64,000 nt of DNA from Octopus sinensis. Lineage: Eukaryota. The DNA lies in contig NW_021836169.1 in assembly GCF_006345805.1 (NCBI RefSeq), positions 1 to 64,000 of the forward strand, given 5' to 3'. A program made the position numbers and the translations under genes. Below are positions 37,929-49,174 of the stretch, one piece after another (positions within the stretch are counted from its first letter, which is position 1; each line of letters begins with the position of its first letter). The notes under the pieces were generated by a model. It saw only the letters and a list, made by a program, of their open reading frames with translations. It did no database searches and had not been told where the DNA came from.

Positions 37929-38524
37929 ATACACGCACGCACGCACCTGCTACTACGATCGCTTTCATACACACACATACAGACCACATACGCACATTTG
38001 TATATACATATATATATATATATATACACACACATACTATACATACATACACTGAGTTATATCTGCTGCCCCTGCAAGTGGTCGGTCGTTCAACGTGCTG
38101 GAAATAGCAGTCAAATTTCGGAGTATACAATGCTGTCGTGAAACGGAAAGAACACATTGGATACCGCAGCAGTGGTCACGACTGGATCGCCTTAGATAAC
38201 GAATATTCCGGTTTCTTCTATATGTTTTCCTCCTTTTCCTCACTCCATATACACACACGTATATACACATTTCTATACACACGTACCGGTTGATATATAT
38301 ACATACACACATACATACATACATATATATACATATATACATACATATATACATATATACATACATATATACATATATACATTACATACATATATACATA
38401 CATATATACATACATATATACATATATATATACATATATACATACATATATACATATATATATACATAGATACATACACACACACATACATACATACATA
38501 CATTTATACATTTGTAAATAGGCA

Positions 38525-38570
<46 letters not shown>

Positions 38571-39256
38571 TGGTGTATATATACATGTAAATACACACAC
38601 ATTCACACACGCACACATATCTCTATATATCTAAATACACCTACCTATATACATATATGTAAATATATACACACGTACACAAGTATAGCTACACACACAC
38701 ATATATATATATTTGTAAATATATACACACATACTGATACATACATATTTGTAAATACACATACATACAGTTATATATATGACACAATACTCACACACAC
38801 ATTCTCCCATATATATATATACACACACACAAACGCACATATATAATTTTGTTGTCTGTATCCTTGTATTGAATCCTACATCTGCATAATATTTAATACC
38901 GTGATGTAAAATCATATATTTTTTAACATTATACACACATACACACATACACACACAAAAATTTGCTCCCCCCACCGCCATATATATATATATATATACA
39001 TATATATCCACATATATAAACACACTCACACACATACATATATAAATATTATATACATACATATATACATACAGACCTACATATACACACACACAGATTT
39101 ATAACTATCTATTTAGCTATATATATATATATATACACACACACACATATATACATATATAAACATATATATATACATATACAAACATATACACACACAC
39201 ACATATATACACAAATATATATCTATATACATATACACACACACATATATATACAT

Positions 39257-39303
<47 letters not shown>

Positions 39304-40487
39304 CATATATATATACATACAGACATATACACACACACACATATATACACACAAACATATATCTATATACATACACACATATATATATTATACATATACA
39401 AACATATATATACACAGACATATATACACACAAACATATATCTATATACATATACAGAAACATATATACACACATATATATATACATACACACATATATA
39501 TACATACACAGACATATATATACACACACACACATACATACATACATACACCCACTCTCTCAAATGGCACACTTACTGGATGGCACTTCCAACCACGGCA
39601 ACCACCACCAACTCTGCTACTACCACGATAACTACTACTACAACTACTACTACTATTATAGACAACGAGGCGGTCTCTACGTGGATAACAGACCAGCTGG
39701 AAAGAGCAGTCAAATCGCTGCCACTCTCATTGTGTCGTGTTAAGAAAACGAAGGACGCACCCCCACCCCCCCGGGGCAGGATGTAATCGGAGATATGGAG
39801 GAATATGGTTGGATGGTCACAGGTGGAACGTCTTGGATCATAGAAGTGTCTGTTGTTTGACCTGGGGCTTTACAACAACAACATCAGCTACTACCACCAA
39901 CACCACCACTACAACACTACCACAACAACCAACACCACCACCACCTCGTTGACAATCACTACTACCACCCATACTATCACAACTACTACTATTGTTTAGC
40001 GACTACTACCACTACAGCTACAACTACTACTACTACTACCACCCATACTACTACTATTGTTAATCAACTACTACCACCACTACCGCTACAACTACTACCA
40101 CTACTACCACCCATACTACTACTATTGTTTATCAACTACTACCACCCAAACTACCACAACTACTACTACTATTTTATCAACTACTACTACCACCCATACT
40201 ACATTGTTTATCAACTACTACCACCCATACTATCACAACTACTACCACCACTACCGCTACAGCTACTACTACGACTACTACCACCCAAACTACTACAACT
40301 ACTCTATCAACTACCACCACCACCACTACTGCTGCTGCTGCTACGCCAACGACAACAACACCACCTAGTGGACTGCATGGTACCTTGGCTGGACATTTAA
40401 GAAAAAAGGAAAGAAAGAAAGAAGAAAATAAGGCAGGAGAGAAGGGAACCTTGACCCCTGTCCACCCCCTCTTTTTTTGTACCACAG

Positions 40488-41731
40488 AGCCTCTTCGTCC
40501 ACCTTACCTCCCCCTCCCCCAGTCCTTGTGAACGCACCAGCGCCCACACATACACACACAGCCACCACCACAAACACCTCCGCCACAACCACCACCACCA
40601 CCACCTCTGCTACAGCCAAAACCACAACAATCACCACCACCACCGCTACAACCACCACCACCACCGCTACAACCACAACCACCACAACCACCACAAACAC
40701 CTACGCTACAACCACAACCGCCACAATCACCACTACCACCACAAACACCTCCACTACAACTGCAACCACAACAATCACCACCACTACCACCACCACCACC
40801 ACAAACACCTCCGCTACAGCCAAAACCACAACAATCACCACCACCACTGCCACTTTCACCACCACCACCACTACCACCACCACCACCATCACCACCACCA
40901 CCACCACCACCTCCACTACAACCACAACCACAACAATTACCACCACCACTACAACCACAACCACCAACATCACTTCCACCACCACCACATCCAAGGCAAA
41001 CCCCCACCATCGACATTCCAGGTGACCCTCACCTCTGCTCCGGCTCCCCTCCGCCCCACCGCCACCATACTCACCTACGCCACCGACTCGGTGCCCCCGG
41101 CCATGCTTGACCGGGAAGACACGACCACCACCTCCCCCCACAGCCCCGGACACTACTTGTTCTGCTGCGTGTGTCGGGTCATGTGTGGCAGCCGACGCTC
41201 CGGGTCCGCAGCGGTGGCCTTTACCCCAGCCGAGAAGCAGCCCTTGCCCCAGCCACCCAGATATGACCATCACCACGAAGGCGGACGACCAGATTGTCTG
41301 CAGCAACAACCACAGCTGCCGCCGCCGCAAGGGGAGGAGGAGCAGCGACAGCTGTGTAGTGACCACCACCACGGAAATAGCCAACAGCAGCTGGAACAGA
41401 TACTACAACTGCAACAGCAGCAACAACCACCACAACTACCACCACAACATCTACACCTACAGCAAGCACCACAACTACCACCACAACCACCACCACAACT
41501 ACCACCACAACAACCACAGCAACTACCACCACCACAACCACAACAACTACCACCACAACCACCACCACAACTACCACCACAACCACAGCAGCAGCAACAT
41601 CTCGACAACCCACATGACCACCCCAAAGACAGCCAAAACACCCAACACGAACTCGGCCAGCATCAACAACAACCACCACATCCCGACGACGCCCATGGCC
41701 ACCACAACGAACAGCTGCCTATACTAACGAG
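40488..41731 (+). CDS. Candidate large exon: His-rich, then unique segment, then Gln/Pro-rich
   Basis: Acceptor CCCCTCTTTTTTTGTACCACAG| at 40487. One frame has no stop from 40455 to 41735 (SLFVHLTSPSPSPCERTS...HHHH...TFQVTLTSAPAPLRPTATILTY...QQLEQILQLQQQ). GC3-biased codons at 41022-41250. Donor-like AG|GTAGGA at 41731. Confidence 0.4.
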
Positions 41732-43157
41732 GTAGGAAAACTCTGTGTGATGACCCCCCCCCCCGTGCTAATGATTCTAATTAAGGCCTTGTTTAATTAA
41801 CAAATGTCTTTAAATAACTTTATTTTGCAATTTTCAAACCATTTCTCTGTCTCCGCTTATATTTGTATAACTTACTTTCATTCCACCCACATGTGTTTAT
41901 GCAGCCCCATATGGTTAGCGTGTTATTTATGTGTGAACCCCCTGTCGTGAGGACGAAAAACTGCGTGGTATTTCATTGTAGCTTTTCACTTTCTTGCGTT
42001 CGAATCTGACTGAAGTTATTTTCGCCTTTCATTCCTTTATTAATTTTTTTTTTGTTATGCACCCTTCTCAAGCCCAGCCAGGCTCATGGGCCCGGTTTAC
42101 CAGTTTCTATGGCGTATGTGGCAGAATCGTTAGCACGCCGGGCGAGATGCTTAGCGGTGTTTCGTCTGCCGTTACGTTCTGAGTTCAAATTCTGCCGAGG
42201 TCGACTTTGCCTTTCATCCTTTCGGGGTCGATTAAATAAATACCAGTTACGCACTGGGGTCGATATAATCGACTTAATCCCTTTCTCTGTCCTTGTTTGT
42301 CCCCTCTGTGTTCAGCCCCTTGTGGGTAATAAAGAAATAGGTATTTCGTCTGCCGTTACGTTCTGAGATCAAATTCCACCGAGGTCGACTTTGCCTTTCA
42401 TCCTTTCGGGGTCGATTAAATAAGTACCAGTTACGCACAGGGGTCGATATAATTGACTTAATCCGTTTGTCTGTCCTTGTTTGTTCCCTCTGTGTTTAGC
42501 CCCTTGTGGGCAGTAAAGAAATAGGTTTCTATGGCGTATATGTTCCCCCTAGCTGGACGGGACGCCAGTCCATCCCAGAATTACTCAAGAAACAGGAAGA
42601 GTGAGTGAGAGAAAGTTGGGGTGATAGAGTACAACAGGGGTCACCGCCACCCCCTGCTGGAGCCTCGTGGAACTTTAGGTGTTTTCGCTCAATAAACACA
42701 CAAAACGCCCGGTCTGGGAATCGAAACTGCGATCCTCCGACCGTGAGTCTGCTGCCCTAACCACTGGGCCATTGCGTATCCACTTCATTCCTTTTGGGGT
42801 CAGTAAAATAAAAACACCAATTTAGTACGGGGAGTAGATGTGACTGACTGGGCCCCCTCCCCTTAAAGATTGCCGGCCTTGTATTAAATTTTTTTTAATG
42901 ACACCAGCTATTTCAAATTCTGGCACGGGGCCTGACCCCAGTGATAAACTGGTACTTATTTTATCGACCCTGAGGATGAAAGGCAAAATCGAGCCTGGTG
43001 GAATTTGAACTCAGAACATGGCTTGCTAACAATTATGCCAACTTTCCACCATAAATAATAAGAATGGAAAAAAACCATTTCTTATTTTGGCGCAAGGCCA
43101 TCAATTTTGAGGACAGGGAGCAAGTCAATTTCATCGATCCCAATAAATAATAATAAT

Positions 43158-43946
43158 AAATGCCCTGATGCAGTACCAGGCAATGGCTCTCATGGCTTCT
43201 GATCTTAATTGATTGGAAGTGTTATCATGTACATTGTTTTGTCTTGGTATAAAAGATGGGCTACAGCAAATATTCTGCTCAATACCACAGTGGGATGATA
43301 AAATTTACGAAGCCCAGTATACCCATCATGACCACCCGTCTGATAAGGGTACACCAGGCACATGCATCACAACCATATGTGCGAGACATGGTGATCTCTA
43401 TCCAGATAAACAGCACATGACCTTGCAGGTGGGGCCCAGTAGAATTTCTTCAGGTTGAGTACCCCATCCCGCTCAAAAGGTCCCTGAATAAGGGTCGTTT
43501 AAGGATGTTGAAAGAACCACCCTGTTTCCAGAGGTGAACTATTCAAACCCCAAGAATCCTCTCAACACATGGCTATGATGCTCCCCCACTACTTCTGCTC
43601 TCGTGATCAGAGATGCACATATCGTCAGCCCCCAAGGGACATGCTCAACTGGTTAAGGTCAAACAACTGACAAGCAAATCTGTGGTTGAGCAGAATATCT
43701 GCTGTTGCCATCTTTTATACCAAGACAAAACATGTACAGATAACACTTCCAATCAGTTAAGATCAGAAGCCATGAGAGCCACTGCCTGGTACTGCATCAG
43801 GGCATTAGAAAATCTGTGGTATTGAGCAGAATATCTGCTGTTGCTCATCTTTTATACCAAGACAAAACAATGTACATGATAACACTCCCAATCAATTAAG
43901 ATCAGAAGACACGAGAGCCACTGCCTGGTACTGCATCAGGGCATTT
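43158..43946. mobile_element. Unclassified (TAA)n-associated repeat with three copies of a 130-bp terminal module
   Basis: AATGCCCTGATGCAGTACCAGGC...ACCACAG occurs at 43158-43290 (+), 43680-43805 (-) and 43815-43946 (-). Confidence 0.7.
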
Positions 43947-43972
43947 ATTATTATTATTGTTATTATTATTAC

Positions 43973-44008
<36 letters not shown>

Positions 44009-44414
44009 TATTATTATTGTTATCATTATTATTATTATTATTATTCAGTAGGTCTTATTTTTTTTCCGTACCTTCACCAAGCACAGCTCTGTATGCTTTT
44101 GATACATGCTGTGGTTTGTCATAGTGATATTATTTTCACTATATTAAAAGTGCATTGCGTAGGAGGTGTGCAGTGCCCCTGGGAGGGCTATTTTCACTAC
44201 GTTATTTATATTACTCTTTACTCTTTTACTTGTTTCAATCATTTGACTGCGGCCATGCTGGAGCACCGCCTTTAATCGGGCAACTCGACCCCGGGACTTA
44301 TTCTTTTGTAAGCCCAGTACTTATTCTATCGGTCTCTTTTGCCGAACCGCTAAGTGACGGGTACGTAAACTCACCAGCATCGGTTGTCAAGCGATGCTAG
44401 GAGGACAAACACAG

Positions 44415-44445
<31 letters not shown>

Positions 44446-45075
44446 CATATATACTACGGGCTTCTTTCAGTTTCCGTCTACCAAATCCACTCACAAGGCT
44501 TTGGTTGGCCCGAGGCTATAGTAGAAGACACTTGCCCAAGGTGCCACGCAGTGGGACTGAACCCGGAACCATGTGGTTCATAAGCAAGCTACTTACCACA
44601 CAGCCACTTCTGCACCTATATATATATATATATATATACATATTTATGACTTCTTGTGTTTTGCCAATGTATTTGTCCATATATCTTTTAACCAAACCTA
44701 GTGCACCTATTATTATAAATATTATTTCTGCCTTGAAGCCCCCACATTCTGGTTATCTCTATTTCCAGATCTTTGTATTTCGAGAGCTTCTCTATTTCTT
44801 TAAGAGATACACTGTTATCTGTTGGGACCGATATGTTGATAAGAATGAATTTTTGTTTCTTTTCTGTTTGATCCCTGACAACAATATCTGGCCTGTAAGC
44901 CTTGATCTCTCTATCTGTGTGTCTTGGTATATACCAGACTATGGCTCCTTTGTCATTTTCTTAGACCCTTTTTCCGGGGCCATGCCCATACCATCTTTTT
45001 TCCTGTTGTCATTCCATAGTGTTGGCTCAGCTTCCAGCATACATTCAGGTCCCAACTCCACTACGTCATTGGATG
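43947..45075 (-). mobile_element. R4/Dong-clade non-LTR retrotransposon 3' end (REL endonuclease), interrupted by SINE A
   Basis: Minus strand: WKLSQHYG...EIKAYRPDIVV (44877-44894)...KEIEKLSKYKDLEIEITRMWG...IIIGALG. It resumes at ~44190 with KIAL..TAHLLRNALLI*, then a short UTR and a (TAA)n tail at 43947-44046. Confidence 0.8.
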
Positions 45076-45099
45076 TCTTATTCTTTTCTACTCTCGGCA

Positions 45100-46285
45100 C
45101 AAGGCCTGAAAGCTTGAGGAAGGAGGCCAGTCGATCAGACACTCCCCTCTTTGGCCAAGCCCTCATCAATGCCTTCAAGTTATACTTGAAGAGGAAAGTG
45201 AGGCTGAAGAGGGAAGTGTTACCTATGGGTTTATGTTGGACACTTGCTGTCTGTCGCATGTAGGATGGATCCGGCTATCAGCTGAATCTATCGTGCTTCC
45301 CTCCTTTGGCCGGGAGGAGCGAGCATTCTTTATTTGTCTGATGGCTGTAACAAAAGAGGTAGTTTTGTGGACTCATTTGGGCTAAAGACAGACAGTTTCC
45401 CCTTTGGCCAAACCCTCAGCAACTTCTTCAAGTTGGTTATCAGCTGAATCCATAATGAGGATTGCTCCACTGCCCTCCTTCGGCCAGGAGGGGCAGGCAG
45501 TTTTTCTTTGTCTGGAGGTTGTAACAAAAGAGGTAGTATGGTGGACTTGTCTGAAAGGGCTAAAAACAGACACTTTCTGCTTTGGTCAAGCCCTCAACAT
45601 TTTCAAGTTCCACTTGAAGAGGAAGTTGAGGGTGAAGAGGGAAGTGTTGCGTTGTAGCAAGTTTATTGAAAGGTGGGTGAATGTTGCAAGAACAGCCAGT
45701 GTGAAAGGACTATTTCTGAGCATGCACCTATGAAAAAAAATAAAAGAAGACGGGCTCTTGTCCTGGCTAGTGTGAGCTTTTCACAAGGACCTTAAAGCAC
45801 TGCCCCCTATTGGGAGTTTTCTTTTATTTAATTTTGGAAGAATGGCCAGTGTAAAAGGATCAATTCTGAGTGTGCACCTGTGAAAATATTAAAGAAGGGC
45901 TCTTGCCCTGGCTAGTGTGAGCTTTTCACAAGGACCTTAAAGCACTGCCCCCTATTGGGAGTTTTCTTTTATTTAATTTTGGAAGAATGGCCAGTGTGAA
46001 AGGATCAATTCTGAGTGTGCACCTGTGAAAATATTAAAGAAGGGCTCTTGCCCTGGCTAGTGTGAGCTTTTCACAAGGACCTTAAAGCACTGCCCCCTAT
46101 TGGGAGTTTTCTTTTGTTTAATTTTGGAAGAATGGCCAGTGTGAAAGGATCAATTCTGAGCATGCACCTATGAAAAAAAATAAAAGGAGAAGGGCTCTTG
46201 CCCTGCTGGTCAGGTACCTGTCACTTTTGTGGACTTTCCCACAAGGACCTTTAAAACACCTCCTCAATTGGGAGTTTTACCCGTT
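45100..46285 (+). mobile_element. Tx1-like LINE 3' fragments with a 145-bp tandem duplication x4
   Basis: AVFLCLEVVTKEVVWWTCLKGLKT...FKFHLKRKLRVKRE...ERWVNVAR. The AATGGCCAGT anchor recurs at 45841, 45986 and 46131. Confidence 0.65.
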
Positions 46286-46794
46286 CAATTTTTATTGTTA
46301 TTTACTGTGTACACGAATGTGAAAACCCATTGTATCATCTGTTTTTTTTGTCTTTTGATGTTTGTAGATATTAGCCCTTGTGGCCAATAATAAAACAGAT
46401 TATTATTATTATTATTTTTTTTAAAAATCAAATGGAAATTGTAGTTGTTATACATGTGCCGGTGGCATGTAAAAGCACCGTCTGTACGTGGCCGATGCCA
46501 GCGCCGCCTTGACTGGCTTCCGTGCCGGTGGCACATAAAAAGCACCATCTGATTGTGGCTATTGCCAGCCCCCTCTGGCCCCTGTGCCAGTGGCACGTAA
46601 AAGCACCCACTACACTCGCAGAGTGGTTAGCATTATGAAGGGCATCCAGCTGTAGAAACACTGCCAGATCAAGATTGGAGTCTGGTGCAGCCTTCTGGCT
46701 TCCCAAACCCCGGTCGAACCGTCCAACCCATGCTAGCATGGAAAACGGACGTTAAACGATGATGATGATGATGATTATTATTATTATAATAATC

Positions 46795-47230
46795 CATAGT
46801 GAAGATTGCCCCGCCGACCTCCTTTAACAAGGAGGGTGAGGCCGTTTTCCTGTGCCTAGTGGCTGTGGCGAAAGAGGTTGTATGGTGGACCCGTTTGAAA
46901 GGGCTAAAGTCAGACACTTTCCTCTTTGGTCAAGGCCTCATCAACTTTTTCGAGTTCCACTTGAAAAGGAAGATGAGGTTAGAGAGGAGAGTGCTGTCTG
47001 ATAGCAAGTTTTCTGAAAGGTGTGTGAATTGTGCGAGAATGGCCAGTATAAATGGACCAATTCTCAGGTCTCGCCTGTGATTCAAAAAGGTTTTATAAAA
47101 GGAGAAAGGGGATCTCTACCCCGCTTTTGACCAGGCTCCAGTTGGCTTTTATGGGTTTTTCCTCGTGAGACCTTTTCTTTTTTCGAAGCGTCTCCTCTAT
47201 TGGGAGTTTTTCGTTGTTAAAATTTTTGAT
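46795..47230 (+). mobile_element. Tx1-like LINE 3' end
   Basis: ORF 46799-47080 has the same C-terminal motifs, followed by a 3' UTR. Confidence 0.6.
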
Positions 47231-47827
47231 TGTTAAACAGCTTTTTACTCTCTCTCTTTTACTCTCTTTTACTTGTTTCAGTCATTTGACTGCGGCCATG
47301 CTGGAGCACCGCCTTTAGTCGAGCAAATCGACCCCGGGACTTATTTCTTTGTAAGCCCAGTAGTACTTATTCTATCGGTCTCTTTGCCGAACTGCTAAGT
47401 GACGGGGACATAAACACACCAGCATCGGTTGTCAAGCAATGCTAGGGGGACAAACATAGACACACAAAAACACATACACACCATACATATATATTATATA
47501 TATATATACGACAGGCTTCTTTCAGTTTCCAATCTACCAAATCCACTCACAAGGTATTGGTCGGCCCGGGCTCTATAGCAGAAGACACTTGCCCAAGATT
47601 GCCACGCAGTGGGACCTGAACCCGGAACCATGTGGTTGGTTAGCAAGCTACTCACCACACAGCCACTCCTGCGCCTACTCTTTTTTTTTTTAACAAACGG
47701 ACAAAACCCTTTGTAACCTTTCGTCCTGTTTTGTCCCTTTATGTTTTCCAGTCATATTTGTCAGCCCTTGTGGCCAATAAAAAGAATTAATTATTATTAT
47801 TATTATTAATATTGTGTTTCACTCTTC

Positions 47828-48135
47828 TTATTCCACCTTTGCCCACCCCCAACCCATCTCGTCACCTGGGTAGAGTGTGAATCTGTGAATCGCATACCCT
47901 GATAGTATTGAAGCTGTGAACCGATGGAGTGCAGTGAGGTAGAATAAGGGTGGCTTGGGGTGGCTGTACCTGCCGATGAGCTGGGTACCTCATTCCACCT
48001 TTACCCACCTCCGACCCACCTCATCACCTGGGTAGAGTGTGAATCTGTGAATCACATACCCTGATAGTATTGAAGCTGTGAGCCGATGGAGTGCAGTGGG
48101 GTAGAATAAGGGTGGCTTGGGGTGGCTGTATCCAG
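47828..48135. repeat. 162-bp direct tandem duplication of otherwise unique sequence
   Basis: TCACCTGGGTAGAGTGTGAATCTGTG at 47862 and 48024. Confidence 0.9.
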
Positions 48136-49140
48136 CTATCACTTTGTGAAAACACTTACCTGCCCTGCCAAAAGTCCCACCCCTTCATTAACTAGCTTCA
48201 GTACCACCACTACCCCTTTCCCACCAAGTAGACTGCAACATCCCCCGACACCACCCCTTGTCTTCCACCCCTAAAATGGGTGAACTACACCCCAGCATCT
48301 GTACGATGTCTTCTGGAGGGGGAAATGGAAAAACGGATAGGGTGGTGGTTATAGGGGTACACTCAAGTGCATACAACTGTTTCTGGGTGTGCATGCGTGT
48401 GTGTGTGTGTGTGTGTGTGTGTCTGGTGGGAGGGATAGAGGGTGGGAATGTGTGTGTGTGTGTGTGTGTGGATGTCAATCTCTGTGGAGGGATGCATGTG
48501 TGTGTAAGAGTCTCTGTGTGTGTGTGTATATTTGTGTATGTGTCTGTGTGTGAGAGAGAGAGTGTGTGTGGTAGTACGTGTGTAAGAGAGTGTATGTGGG
48601 TTTATGTGTGTGAGGGAGAGAGAAAGTGTGTGTGTGTATGTGCGTTTCTGTGTGTGTGTATGTGTGTTTCTCTGTGTGTGTGTGTGTGTGTGTGAGGAGA
48701 GAGAGTTACTGTGTGGGAGTATTTCTGCAAGAAGATGTATGTGAGTGTGAAGGAAAGAGAGAGAGAGAGTGTGTGTGTGTTTGTGTGTGTGTGTTGTGTT
48801 ATGTGTGTTTCTGTGTGTTTGAGTGTGTGTTGTGTGTGGTTGTGTGTGTGTGTTTCTATGTGTTTGTGTGTGTGTGTTTCTATGTGTTTGTGTGTGTGTG
48901 TGGTGTGTGTCTCTGTGTGTTTGTGTGTGTGTGTGTGCGTATGTGTGTGTGTGTTTCTGTGTTTCTGTGTGTGTGTGTGTGTGTGTGTCTTTGAGTATGT
49001 GTGTGTGTGTGTGTCTTTGAGTATGTGTGTGTGTGTGTGTTTCCCTGAGAGTAACAAAAATATATTCCCTTTCCTTATATAAATAGTTTGGTGCAGGAAC
49101 CAAACCATGGTTGGCCGTGCGTGTGTGTGTGTGTGTGTGT

Positions 49141-49174
<34 letters not shown>

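Noticed and set aside
40504-41641. Gly/Cys-rich keratin-associated-like and Val/Leu-rich membrane-like ORFs on the minus strand
   Set aside because: These are antisense shadows of ACC/ACA/CAG repeats, and the minus frame sharing the GC3 bias contains TAG stops. Minus-strand donor-like sites (40508, ~41077) were noted but are expected in CAC/TAC-rich DNA.
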